Part shown: piece after piece, positions 1 to 13,900 of the stretch
Layout of the letters: every line of letters begins with the position of its first letter
How positions within the stretch are numbered: the stretch's first letter is position 1
DNA from: a virus
Lineage: Duplodnaviria; Caudoviricetes
IMG/VR virus record: IMGVR_UViG_3300025751_000013
Location: 32,001 to 96,000 of that record
Direction: 5' to 3' (one strand)
Length of the DNA: 64,000 nt
Notes under the pieces: model-generated
The model's database searches: none
What the model saw: only the letters and a program-made list of their open reading frames with translations
What the model was told of the DNA's origin: nothing
Translations under genes and position numbers: made by a program

Positions 1-417
1 ACTGCAACAAGAGCAAATACACAATACTTTACAATGGCATTCCGTAGACGAGTTGTTGCTAACTTTGCAATTAATATTACAGCACCTAGTGGTGTTGCCG
101 GCGTATGGATAGCAGCACCAGGTACAGCAATTGACAATGGTAGTAGTCTAAACGGCTGGCTAGATTGTTCTACACAATATGCTGGTGCAGGTGTTCCGGG
201 TGCAATAGATGGAAATTCAGGCGGTACTGGTAACGGATCAGATGGTTGTGCAATCACAGGTGCTGATAGAATAATACCAAATCAATCATTATCAGGTGGT
301 TATGATATGACACTAGGTAGCGAAAATATGAGTAACGCTCAAGACAATGTTGTTCTTGTAAGAATAGCATTATCAGCAGGGCAAAGCGTTACATCGTTAA
401 ACATAGGGCAGACATAA
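1..417 (+). CDS. 5'-truncated virion structural protein (C-terminal part)
   Basis: Frame is open from base 1, so ATG 34 is probably internal. Gly-rich beta-type sequence with a Cys pair (GWLDCSTQY...DGCA), directly coupled to the next structural gene. Confidence 0.6.
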   Translation, partial: TATRANTQYFTMAFRRRVVANFAINITAPSGVAGVWIAAPGTAIDNGSSLNGWLDCSTQYAGAGVPGAIDGNSGGTGNGSDGCAITGADRIIPNQSLSGGYDMTLGSENMSNAQDNVVLVRIALSAGQSVTSLNIGQT

Positions 418-418
418 G

Positions 419-1783
419 ATGGCAATTGCAGACGAACAGAAGTTAGACTTTCTTTGGAAAAAGATTGGTTATGGTTTTTCAAAGACTGACGTAAATGGTA
501 TTAAAGCAGCGGTCAACGAAAGTATACCTAGTCCATTATTACTTAGAGGTGATACTATTTGGGTTGACTCAGATATTATCCCAAGTAGTATCCCAGTTGT
601 TAATATTGAAAATCTTGTTGACGTTTATAGTGATGCAGGTGCTAACGTTGATGATACAGTTGAATGTGAAGAAGATATTACTGCATCACCGAGACGTACT
701 TGGAGAACAGTTGAACCTGATAGCACTCCGATAATAAATTGGATACCTCCGGAGTTTGGATCTACATATCAAATCAAAGTTTATATCGATAACCCAGGAG
801 CAGCAAATCCACAAACTACTGGTACACAAATATTTGCTGCTGGTAGTGGTAATAATGACGAATGGTTCTTTGACTATAAATCAGGAATCTTAAATTTTAT
901 TGGAGATAATTTACCTAGTCAACTTACTAGTAGTAAAGTAGTTTATATATCTGGAGCAAATTATGTAGGAGAGTTTGGAGTCAAAGGTGACAGAGCTGTC
1001 CTTGGTAATATTGAAATAGAGAATAACGAAATATCTGCACTTAACCTAAACGGTGACATTAACTTAATTGCTAATGGACCTGAAGGTGCAGTACAAGTTC
1101 AACAAAGTAATTTAAATGTTGAAGAAAATTTTAATGTTGAAGGAATTGCAAACTTTAACAATACCACAGATTCTACTGGCGCAACTTCTGGATCGGTTGT
1201 AGTAGATGGAGGAGTAGGCATCGCAAAGAAATTATATGTAGGAGACGATGCCTACTTCTCTCGTAGATTAGAAGCAAAACATGTTATGCTTTACAGTTTA
1301 TCTGTTTATGATGAAAGTGTAGATAGAGATATTTTGTTTGGCATTGAACAACTACGTGATGCAATTAATAATAACGAAAATTTAGCACTTGGCGAGGGAT
1401 CACTTGTAAACTCTGCACTAGACGGAGAGTTGAATATTGCTATTGGTAACAATACCGGTAGTGGACTTACTGAAGGTTGGTTTAATGTAATCATTGGACA
1501 CAATTCTGGAAACAGTTTGACAGTAGGTAGTAACAACATAATAATTGGTAACTATACAAACCCTTCTTCAAAAAGTGCTAATAACGAAGTTACAATAGGT
1601 AATGAATTAATAAGCAAAGTAAGAATACCTGGAGTTGATTTTGAAATCGACGAAGGCAAGGTTGTTATCGGTAACGAGGGTACAGATTTTGAAGAAAATC
1701 TAGTTGTCAATGGCGATGCAACTGTAACTAACTTGTTTACAGCAAGAAGAATTGAGGGTGATATTGACGGAGGAAGTTTCTAA
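419..1783 (+). CDS. Putative virion structural/fibre-base protein, 454 aa
   Basis: C-terminal half has fibre-like GGVGIAKKLYVG and NxxIG repeats (NIAIG, NVIIG, NIIIG; YadA-head-like). Ends in IDGGSF. Confidence 0.6.
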   Translation: MAIADEQKLDFLWKKIGYGFSKTDVNGIKAAVNESIPSPLLLRGDTIWVDSDIIPSSIPVVNIENLVDVYSDAGANVDDTVECEEDITASPRRTWRTVEPDSTPIINWIPPEFGSTYQIKVYIDNPGAANPQTTGTQIFAAGSGNNDEWFFDYKSGILNFIGDNLPSQLTSSKVVYISGANYVGEFGVKGDRAVLGNIEIENNEISALNLNGDINLIANGPEGAVQVQQSNLNVEENFNVEGIANFNNTTDSTGATSGSVVVDGGVGIAKKLYVGDDAYFSRRLEAKHVMLYSLSVYDESVDRDILFGIEQLRDAINNNENLALGEGSLVNSALDGELNIAIGNNTGSGLTEGWFNVIIGHNSGNSLTVGSNNIIIGNYTNPSSKSANNEVTIGNELISKVRIPGVDFEIDEGKVVIGNEGTDFEENLVVNGDATVTNLFTARRIEGDIDGGSF

Positions 1784-1888
1784 AAACCATTATTAGCCAC
1801 TATTATAGATCGAAATCTCTAAAAAACTATATATACATGTAATTGCTAGTTAAATTAGCATAAAACTAACCAAAAAATGTCGCATTTG

Positions 1889-1895
1889 ATAAATA
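1889..1895 (+). promoter_or_regulatory. T4-late-like promoter (GATAAATA)
   Basis: ATAAATA in the intergenic gap before the 4,958-aa gene, followed by a purine-rich RBS (AGGGGA). Confidence 0.65.
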
Positions 1896-1951
1896 GAATT
1901 GTGTTTATAAACTACATACATAATACACAGTCTGCATAGGGGAACGATTAT

Positions 1952-4900
1952 ATGTCAACAATAAGACTCAAGAGAAGTGCTGAGCCGGGTAAAATCCCAT
2001 CGATTGAACAACTAGAACTAGGCGAAGTAGCTGTCAATACACATGACGGCAAAATGTTTATGAAAAGAGACCAAAGTGGTAACTTTGCTATAAAAGAATT
2101 TGGCGCAAGAGACGCCGCAAGTAATGTGTTTTACGTAACACAAGACGGATCTAATACTAACGATGGTAAAACAATAGGAGACGCATTTGCGACTATTGAT
2201 TACGCTTTAAAAAATATTCCAGAGGGATCAACACTATATGTAAAGGCTGGACAGCACACAGTTGACAATCCAGTTAAACTTCCGGCATTTGTTGCTATTG
2301 TTGGTGACTCACTTAGAACTACATTTGTACAACCAAAAAATCCAGCAGAAGATATATTTTGGGTTAACAACGGTTGTTTCCTTAAAGATATGCGCTTTAA
2401 TAACTACATTGCACCTAGTGCAGCAGTTTCGTTCCCCCCAGATGGAAGCGCCGGATCAATTATGTGTTCACCGTATGTACAAAACTGTACATCATATACT
2501 ACAACTGGTACAGGTATGCGAGTTGACGGATCAGTTGTTACTGGCCTACGCTCAATGGTTGTTGACGCCTATACACAGTATAACCAGGGTGGTATTGGTG
2601 TGCATCACCTTAACAGAGGTAACACACAGCTTGTTTCGATCTTTACAATTTCATGTGATATTTCGATTCTTTGCGAAAGCGGCGGCTTTTGCTCACTAAC
2701 TAACTCAAACACATCATTTGGTAACTACGGACTTATTTCCGATGGTTATAGTGAAGCACTATTTGGTGCGTCTGCTGGTGCTAACATTAGTAGAAACTCG
2801 ATGTTTATGAATGACCTAGTAACGGTTCCATTTATTCAAAACGCATCTGTGTTTAGTGGCACTGGTGAAGTTTATACAATTTCAGAAGCTACTCCGATTA
2901 AAGTCGGTCAAGGTGTTGTAACTGGACCAACACTAACCCAAGAAGACAGTGATTTATTATTTGCTAGAGAAAGAATTTTAGCCAATAGAGAAGTAATTCA
3001 AAGATCAACAGTTAACTTTGTGAAAGATAATTATCAAACAGGCGGCGAATTTGACGAAGCTAAATGTGCTAGAGATAGTCAACTTATACTTGATGGTGTA
3101 GGTTTTGATGTTGCACTAGATACAAACTTTAACAGTGTTTATAATGGTATTTCGTATCAAAGAGCAAATGCTAAATTTGTTATTAATACCCAGTTTGAAG
3201 CAACAAAAGGCGCAATTGATTTCTTAAAAGCCGAAACAGCAGCTTTACTAAGTGGTACTTCATTAACTAGAGCTAATGCAGGATTTGACGATGTAAAAGG
3301 AATTCTTGACGGTGGTGTAATAAGCACTACAGTTCCAGGAGATGGTGTAGCCGACGCACTTACATTTAGTTCAACACTAGGTGTAACAGATGGTATAAAT
3401 GCTAGAACAATTTTACAAGCGAATATTGCATTCTTACAAGCAGAAGTACTTGCATTTAACGATGATTATAATGCAACGGCGATTGCTGCTGACGCTACCG
3501 GTGCAACTACAGTAGTTTATGATAGAGAAAAGTGTCAAAGAGATGTACAATACATTGTAGACGCTCTTTCATATGACGCACAGTATGGTGGCAATAGCGC
3601 AACAGTATCGGCTATGAATTCTTATATTGTTGGTACAGGAATTGATCAACTTCCAGCAGATCAAAGAGATCTTACTGCTGATTCATATGCTCACTTAGCA
3701 GATATGGTTGCAGCAATTTTAACTGATCCGTCAGTTGATCCTGGTACAAAATTAAGTGCTGGTAGTCCAGACAATTCCGCAGCGGTTACTGCTGCATCTC
3801 TTTCAGGTACAATCGAAGCACTTGTAGATACATTTGCAGGAGTATTAATTGAAGATGCAACGCCGGCTGGCACACCAACTGCAACTATTCCAGCAGTAGT
3901 AACTCCAAATGTTACAACATTGGGTGTAGCAGCAGAGTTTACAACATCGCAAACTGCAATCACAAATGCGTCTGCACAAATTGTAGATGATGTAATTGCA
4001 TTTGTTAATCAAGAATATAATTTCTCTTTCAACCAAGAAAAATGTGCAAGAGATTTACAAGAAATAATTGATGCAGCTAAAATAGATGCTGTTACAAACT
4101 CTTTGTACAATCAAACTGTAGTTGGTTTAACATACACAATGGAAAGTAGTGCTTATCTACTTAACTTACAAAAAACACAAACCGCAGCAGGTATTCAATA
4201 TGCTAGAGATTTAGTTACAGCAGACGGTAATTTTACAGATACTACAGACAGAACTGAATTTATTAATGCTGTAAACGAAGTAATTAACATATTAAATACA
4301 GGAACTCCAACATCTGACTTAACAACTGGTACTTTTGCAACTAATTTTCCAACAAGCACTGATTATTCTAATGCAGCAAGTCGTGCAGCCGCAGCTGAAG
4401 CAATAATAAACGGTATTCCTTCTTTACAGACTGATGCTCTAACTTTCCTACAGAATGGGAACGCAGGTGGTGGTTTTGATTTTTCAGCCCAAGCCGGAGA
4501 ATTTTCAAGTTTAGCTAGTGGAGGTACTGTTTCATCAGATGAACTAAAATCAGTATACCAAGATATGGTAAGAGATGGAACATTTACCAAGTGTCAAAGA
4601 GACGTGGCTTACTTAGCACAAGCAGTAGCATTTGATACAATGTATGGTGGTAATAGTGCAACTTTGCGTGTAGCAAAATCATACTTTGTAGGTGCAATTG
4701 CAGGTGACGACGATACTGAAATATCACAACTAGGTGGCGGACAAAAGAATGCAACACTTGCACTATATGCCTTCTTGGCAGTACAAATTGCGGCAGCTGT
4801 TAGCGCTGCGTCAGCAAATGCAGGGTTAGGTTCGGGCTCTGGTGCATCAAAAACAATTAATCAATTAGTTGCAGTTGTTACTGATCATATTGACGCAGAC

Positions 4901-7900
4901 GGTGTAGCATTAGCTTCTTTAGATACAGTTATACTTGCCAGCCCTGCCGACGACGATGAAATTCTAACAGTATCTGAAATTGAAGCAGTTGACGACGAAG
5001 CAATTAATGATACAATATTCTATCTACAAGATGCATTTGTACTACTAGACTTTAACGAGTCTAAGTGCTACAGAGATACAGGTATTATTATTGATGCTGT
5101 TGTAGATGACATGGTACTAGGAACAAATTATAAATCAGTAGTTTCTGGTAGAACATATTCAATGGATTCAGCGGCACTTGTTATTGCGGATCAAAAAGTA
5201 GAAACATTAGCAGCAATAAATCATGCAAGAGACGAAGCACTAGGATTTATCAATGACTTTTCGTCTAATGCTTCAAAAGTTACAGCATATAATAGAGTAC
5301 AGTCAAACTTTAATTTGATTTCTGATTTAATTAGTAAGTCAGAGTATGCATTTAAATCATATACAGTAGTAGACGCAGATTACAATCCGACGGCTGCTGG
5401 TAACTATGGTAGTACTTCTACTCCTGCAAACAGAGTTATGACATTAACAATTGGCCAGCATAGTTTTACAACATCAGATACAGTTGTAATTGCTCCTAAT
5501 AGTTTAACATTCCAGTGTTATTCAAGTGGTGATAATGAGTTCCAAACTATTACACATCCAAGAGAAGTAGCAGGTCAAAGTGCAGATCCAAATGCAGTAT
5601 CTCCAGGTTCAGATCCAGCATTTGAAACTCCAGTAGATATTGTTGCAGTTACAGACACTACAATTACAGTAGACGTTGGTGTAAATACTGGTGCTGGTAA
5701 TGTTGAGCATACATTTATTAGTGCTACAGAAAATGGTATAACATATGGTAATTCGTTTATTAATTATCCAATGCCAACAAATGTTCTACCAGAAATAAAC
5801 AGAGCGTTTACAAACATCAAGAAAAACAAAGCATATTTGATTGAAGAAGCAGTTGCTCATATCGATCAAAACTATCCGTTACTAGGATACGACAGAGGAA
5901 CATGCGAAAGAGATATCGGACTTATAATTGATGCTGTGTCATACGATGCAATGTTTGACTCAAACTTCCGTTCAATTACAGCTGGTAAAGCATATCTAAG
6001 AGGTGTTATACAAGTTATAACAGGTGATGTACTTGTAGATGAAACAACTACTACAACAGGTATTACTGGTACACTATTAACAATGGATCCAACTAAAACA
6101 GTAGTAAATCCAGGTGACGAGTTAACAGTTCTACCAACTGAGCAAAAAATTGCAACACTAGAATCATTTAGAAAACTAAGAGATTTACTTGTTCAGATTA
6201 CATTTGATAATGATACAAAGGCACGTGTAGTAGACCGTATGGATCTTATTATAGATATTGTACAAGATGGCGAATCAGTAATTCCAGCAGTAAGTATTCC
6301 TACAGCAAACATTACAACTAACGACACAGTAAACTATACAGAAAACTTTAATGCAACTGGTGTTCCAGAAACAATTACAAACATTGAAAATTCGAGAGAA
6401 TTTATTATTGCAGAAACAAAGGCATTTATTGATACTAACTTCCCAGCATTATTATCAACTGATGCTAACGGTAATATTGTCCGAGACTATAATGCAAACG
6501 ACAAGTGTGAAAGAGACGTAGGTCTTATATTAGATGCACTAAAATATGACTTAACATATGGCGGTAATATGGAAACCTTAATAGCTGGTAAAGCATACTT
6601 CTCAGATGTTGTTGCATCAGCAGATGGACCAGTTGATTTATTAGGTTCACGTTCAGTAAACATAGATATTGTTAATGCTGGTGGTATTCAACTGATTAAT
6701 CCAATTACAATTACAACATCTATTAAACATGGCTTAGTTGATGGATCACAAGTAACACTACTAGATATTAGTGGCGTTGTTGAACTAACAGGTAAAACTT
6801 TCTTTGTTAAGAAAGTAAGCGACACAGTGTTTGAATTATATGATGATGCAGCCCTAACAATCCCATTAGACGGTACTACTGGATTTACAGCATATGCTAA
6901 CTTAGGTGGTACTGTAAGAGTTAATGCAGCAGAAGTAATTGCTACTGTAGAGTCTTATAACTTCCTAGCAGATCTAATATTGACACTAGGTAATGGTGTT
7001 GCTCCAGTTAATCCACAGCAAACAATTGTTACAGCAGGAGCACTGACAACAACTAACAGTCCAAATGGTACTAGAGCAAAATCACTTGTTGACGATATTA
7101 TTACTATAATTGAAAACGATAGCTCTGTTCCAGTTGAGTTGCTTGCAGATCCAAGTTGGGTCACTGGCTACAATGCAACCGAAACATATCCGTTAGAATT
7201 AAATGGCACCGATCTTTATTCAGACTTCTTGATTATGCAAGGTGAAAAAGATGATATACAATCAGAAATTACAAGATTTATTGAAGCAAACTTTGCTTAT
7301 GATAAAAAAGTATGCCGTAGAGATATGGGATACATTATTGATGCTACATTATTTGATGCACTATACAACGGTAACAGTGCAAGTTATGATGCAGCAAGAC
7401 AATACTATACACAAGGTAAACTAGTTATTCCAGCAATCCAGCGTAAAGCAACAGGTGACGCAATGGAACTTCTTAGAAAGCGTATAGGTGATGTACTACG
7501 TTCAAACAGAGTTGTTGCAGAACAACTTCCAACATCGCCGACATTAGTGCTACAAGATACAACTACTCCAGCAGCCACAATTACTGAAATTCTAAGAATT
7601 CAGAAAAACTTTGATGTACTTGAAAGTCAAATACGTAGAGATTATTTCATCAATGACTTTATTGATGTAATTGATCCTGACTTTAATCTTCAAACAGAAA
7701 CAGCAAACAAAATTAGAAATAAGATACTTGCTGAAAAAGAAAACCTACAGGTTAAAACAATTAAATTTATCGATACAACATTTAGAGAATTCCGTTTTGA
7801 TAGAGAAGTTTGCTCAAGAGACGTAGGACTTATTTTAGATGCAGTTGCAATGGATGTTGCACTAGGTACTAACTATAATTCAATTATTGCAGGTCTATCA

Positions 7901-10900
7901 TATCAAAGAGGTAGTTTGTCAATTGGTACTGTTAAAGATGAGCAGAAGCCACAAACAATAGCAGCTATTGAATTCCTAAAAACAGAAACACTAGCAATTT
8001 CAGGACTGTCAGCAACAGGTATTGCAAGAGCAACAGCAGCATTTGATGAAATTATAGACATCTTTACAAATGGTGAAACAAGTACTAGAACAGCAGCAGA
8101 TGCAATTACATATCCAGTTCCGACAGGTGTTGATACTAACAAACAAAACTCACATGACTTGTTACGTGCTAACAGAGACTTTATATCTGAAGAGATTATT
8201 GAATGGATTGAAGATAACTTTACAAACTTTGAATATGATGAGTTTAAGTGTGAAAGAGACACAAGAATTATACTAGATGCAATTGCACTAGACGCAGCTC
8301 TAAATACAAACTATAACACAATTACAGTAGCACTTGCATACAAGCGTGTAAATGCACAACTAGTAATTACAGATCAGTTGATACAAACTGTAGCAGCTAT
8401 GGATTATCTACGCAAATTAGTAGACGAAAACAAAGATCTAAGTGTTATTGGTCGTGCAAGAATGACACGTTTAATCGATGATATTATAGAAATTGTACAA
8501 TCAGATACAACTGACTTAGATGTATTTGACAGTACAAACTTTGATAGTACACTACTTAACGCATACGAAAACATTGAAATGAATGCACCTAAAAATGCAA
8601 CACAAGATGAAATCGATGCCAAAGAGCAGTTAAAACTTAACAAAGAATTCTTAGCAAGTGAAGTATTAGCGTTTATCAACTTAAACAATCCGACACTAGA
8701 CTATGTTGAAGCTAAGTGTAAAAGAGACGTTAAATTCTTACTTGATGCAGCAGCATTTGACTTACTATACGGTGGTAACTCAGCAACTGTACAAGCGGCT
8801 AATAGCTACTTTGTAGGAACAGCTAACCAGTTAGGTGATGACGAAGTACAAGCAACAATCGATGCTTATAACCATTTAAAAACTGTTATTGAACCAGTTG
8901 TACTTGCAACTAGTGAAGATAACAATCCAGTATATGTACCAACAGCTGGTAATAGTATGCGTCAAATTATCGAAAGTGATCCAGGAACAGCTACTGAAGT
9001 TGCAGCTATTCAAGCATCGCTTGATATTGTTATTGCTAGAATACAAGGCACACCGACACCAACACTAGTTAAGCCAAGTTTAACAGGTGCTGATGCTAAC
9101 TTAATTAAAGACTTTAATGAAATATCAGAGACTGCTTCAGTAGAAGCACAGAAAGTTGTAGATTATGTAAATGATCAATTTGCAAACTTTACATATGATA
9201 TTGACAAGTGTGCAAGAGATGTTAAACTAGTTGTACTAGGCGCAGCAATTGACTTAGAGTATTCAACTAACTATAACAGTGTAACTAATGGTCTTTCATA
9301 CCTAAGAGGAAATGCTAAGAAAGTTTCAAACGCATTCCAAAAAGCAATTACACTAGCCGCACTTGATAAACTAAAAACACTAGCAGCTACAACTATCGGA
9401 ACAGGTACAGGTTATGCAGCAGCAGTAACAGCAGTTAATGCAAGTATTGATACAGTAAAAACAATATTTGATGAAGGTTTAGTTGGCATAACACCAACAA
9501 ACGCTGTATATGATCCAACAACAGGTGTTATGGATCTTACAATTGGCGAGCATACATTCATACAAGGTGATACAATTACACTAGAGCCAGGCAGCTTGAA
9601 ATTTACTTGTGCAAGTGACGGAAACAACGTTGTACAAGCATACCCAAGAACAAGTGATCCGGCATTTAATTATACACTAAAAATTATTGACACTGGTAAA
9701 CTAACAATAAGTGTAAACGTTGGAGTATCATCAGAAACATCAGCGCACACATTTATTACAGCAGATGAAAAAGCAATTAAAACTGGTGCTCTTCCAAATG
9801 CAGTTCCGGCGCTAACATTTGCAGGTATAGATGCAACAAATGACTCGGCTTATGCAGCAAAAGCAATACTTGCTAACAAAGCGTTTATTGCAGCAGAGAT
9901 GTCAGCATATGTTGTAAATGATCCTAACTTTATACTAGTTGGTAACTACGATGAAACAAAATGTCGTAGAGATTCAAATAATATATTAGATGCAGTTGCA
10001 TTAGATTTGCGTACAGGTTCAAACTATAACTCACTATATGCAGGTATTGCATACACAAGAGCAAATAGTGATTATGTAATTAGTGCCCAAAAATCAGCAA
10101 CAATAGCAGCTATTGAATTCTTAAGAGATACTGTAAAAGCACTATCAAATGTTGATGCAGCAGCAGACACAAGAATTGATTCACTATTTGCAATTATTAT
10201 CGCAGCAATTAACAGTGGCGCTACAAGCACGTTGCTTCCAGGAGGCGCTACAGGCGTTCCACTATTAAGTCTTCCAACTCCGAATACTCCAATTGCAGGC
10301 GGCGCAGATGCAGCAGCACGTTTAACATATAACAGAGATGCGTTAGCAGAAGAAGTACTAGAACACATTAACCAAAATGCAAATGCTATATACCTATCTA
10401 TGGATCAAGCTAAATGTTCAAGAGATGTAAAATACATTGTTGAAGGACTAGCACATGATGCAGTATATGGTGGTAACATTGGTGCTAAACTAAATGGCGA
10501 AGCATACTTTGTAGGTAACGATACTGAACAGTTAGGCATTGGTCAAAGATCTGCAACAGTAGCAGCATATCAACATCTTGCACAAGTAATAGAGCAGTTA
10601 GTCGGCGCAGGTGTAGCTGATGCTGGATTCACTAGCGTAATATTAGTAGCTAACCCAACTCAAGCGTGGAGTGATAATTCAGTACCTAATGCAGCAACAA
10701 TAGCAACTTACTTAGCAGACAGTTCAACTGGGTTAATTGAAACTTGCATAGTTGCACCTATTAATGCAAACAAATTGGCTAACTTCTACACACCAACAGC
10801 GGCATCATATGTTCCAACTACAGGTGTACTAACACTTACTGTAACTGGTAATCCGTTCTCAAATGGTGATACAATTAGACTAGCAGAACGTAGCATTGGA

Positions 10901-13900
10901 TTTAAATGTCAAAGTGATGGATTTAGAAAAGTATTCTACTATCCAAGAACAACTGATCCAGCACTTAACTCAGACTTAACAATAAGTAACGTAGTAGGTG
11001 ATAGTTTTGACGTCCAGATTGGTGTATCATCAGAAGAAAGTACACATCAGTTCGTAGGACCAGCTACAAATGCAATCATTGATAGCACATTACCAGATGA
11101 TGTACAACCAGCAAGTGCTCAGTATGTAACAACTGTATCGTTCACAGATGCAGCAACAGCAATTGTTGCAGGATCAGGAACAGCAGTAGATTCAACAATA
11201 TCTTATATCAATTCAGATCTAAGCTTTAACCAAACTAAGTGTGAAAGAGACACAGGTTACATTGTTGAAGCATTAACACATGATACATTGTACGGCGGCA
11301 ATTATGCAACTACACAAGCAGCTCTAGCTTATAGAGTTGGTGTCGCAGGACAGTTAGGTAGTAATTCACCTGAAACTACAGCAACAGTAGCAGCATATGG
11401 TACACGTTTACCAGCAGTAGTACAAGCAATTGTTCAAGGCGATGCACTAACACCGTCAACAGGCAATTCAGTGACTCAAGTTGCAAATGCAAATACAGTA
11501 AGCCCGTGGACTAATGCTAATGCAACTATTGCAGCAGATATTCAAAATATTGTAGATGTTATTGAGCATGGCGGTGATCCACTATCAGTTGATGCTTCGA
11601 TGATAGCAGAAACTAACATAACTGAAGGTACAATATATGATGCAGAATCAGGTGTACTAACACTAACACTTAGCGGCACATCTACAGGACTAGTAGCAGG
11701 TACAAGCACAATTAGACTAGCACGTAATAGTTTAACATTTACTTGTGCAAGTGATTCACATGCTACTTCATTAACATATCCAGACAAAGATAGTTTTGGT
11801 TATGATAGAGAATTAAGAGTATTAAGTGTTGCAGAAGCAGGTAACACAACTATTACTGTTAACATAGGTAATGCACGTAAACTAGGTGCTACTTCAGCAG
11901 ATAGAATACACAGATTTGTAAGTGCAGCAGCTAATGCAGTTGTATTACCAATTTCACCAACAAGACCAACTATAGCAAACACATTTGCTACATCACTTGT
12001 AACAAAAGCCGATGCAGCAAGCGATAACTTTGGTGATTTGATAAATGCATATCTACTATCAGACTTCCCAACAAGCACATACGATAGAACACGTTGTAAG
12101 CGTGATGTAGGATTTATTGTAGACGCTCTATCATACGATGTACTATATGGCGGTAACAGCGCAATGCGTGAAGTTGCAAGAAGCTACTTTAGCTTTGGTC
12201 TAAACTTACTAGGTGATGATTCTAAAGAAACAGATGCAACAATATTTGCATATGAGCACCTAAGTAGTATTATTGGAGAGATTGTACAAGGTGTACAAGT
12301 AGGAAAAGCTACAGGTAACTTATTAGTACAAACATATGATACAGCAAGTACACTAGCAGAAGCAGCAGTTGCTCAAACACTACTAAAACTAGTTACAGAT
12401 ACAATTAGAGATAGAAGTGTTAATAAGCTAGATGAGCAAGAGCTACCAGATATTACTTGGGCAGCGTCAGAATTCCAAAATGACTTTGCAAGCATTACTT
12501 TTAACAAGTCAGTAGCACAAGCTGATACACTACAGTTTATTGACGATAGATACACAACATTTAGTTACGATCAGTTTAAGTGTTCAAGAGACGTTGGATT
12601 GATCTTAGATGCTGTTTTAGCTGATATGGTAATGGGTGGTAACTACCAGTCATTACTAGCAGGAAGCAGTTATTACAGAGCAAGTGCGTTTATTGTAAAA
12701 GGCGATCAGCTACCAGAAACAATTGAATCAATCAAATTCTTGAAGAAAGAAGTTGAGAAAATCTTAACAGATCCATTGTTTACAGCAACAGTTGTTCCAG
12801 GTACATATCCTAACCCAACTATAAGAGCTATTACTCCGTTAGAAGCTATTGAAAATGCTAAAACACTAACTGAAGTATTTGGTGATACGCAAGAGTATGC
12901 AGATCTTATTGCAAGATTTAATGATGTTCTTAGAGTTATGGAAAATGGACTAACTAACGCAGCTGAAGATCAAATACAATTTGTTGCTCCAACTGGAATT
13001 ACAGGAACAAGAACTAATGCTAAAGACATATTACTTGCAAACAAAGAATTCTTTGTTGAAGAGTCAGTGGCGTTTATCAAAGAAAACTTCCCACTAATTG
13101 GATATGACAGACAGACTTGTGAAAGAGATGTAGGACTAGTTCTTGATGCTCTAGGGTTTGACTTAATGTTTGGTTCAAATATGCGTAGTATTACAGCAGG
13201 TAGATCTTACTTTAGAGAAGGCGCTGCTGTTGTAAGTGCAGATCAAAAGAAAGCAACACTAGCAGCATTTGAATTCTTAAAAGTTAAAGCAGCAGAAGTT
13301 GTAAGCAGTGCAATACTATCAAATGGTTCTTACGTAGCACCAGGCGGAAATAAAGAATTTATCATAACAGTAGGTGCTGACTCATATGAACAAAAACCAA
13401 CTGGTGTATTCTACTTAGATGGTATAGAGCAGCCGATAATAGAACTAGATCCAGGTGCAGTATATACCTTTAATCAAGATGATCCAACTAACGCTTACTT
13501 TGGCGATAATCGTCATCCTCTAGTGTTTAGCACAACAAGAGATGGTGATAATGCAGGTGGTACAACTTATGACACTGGTATTGCTTACTACTTAGACGGT
13601 GTATCAGTTGACGAAGCACAGTACGAAAGAGGATTTGCTAGAGCAACACTACGTAGAGTAGAACTTGATCTTAGAGGCAAGTATACAACAGAACTATACT
13701 ATGCAGGCGGCGCCCGCAAAGGTATGGGTAACTTAATCTACGTAAAAGCAAAAACAACAGGTGAACCGATTAAAAAGTCTATACAAGATAATATGAATGT
13801 TATTCTTGCACTTCTTGATAGAGGTAATGTTACTTGGCAGCCATATGATGCAGAATATAAAACAGTAGGCACAGATACAAGTGGTAATCTAAAACTTTAC

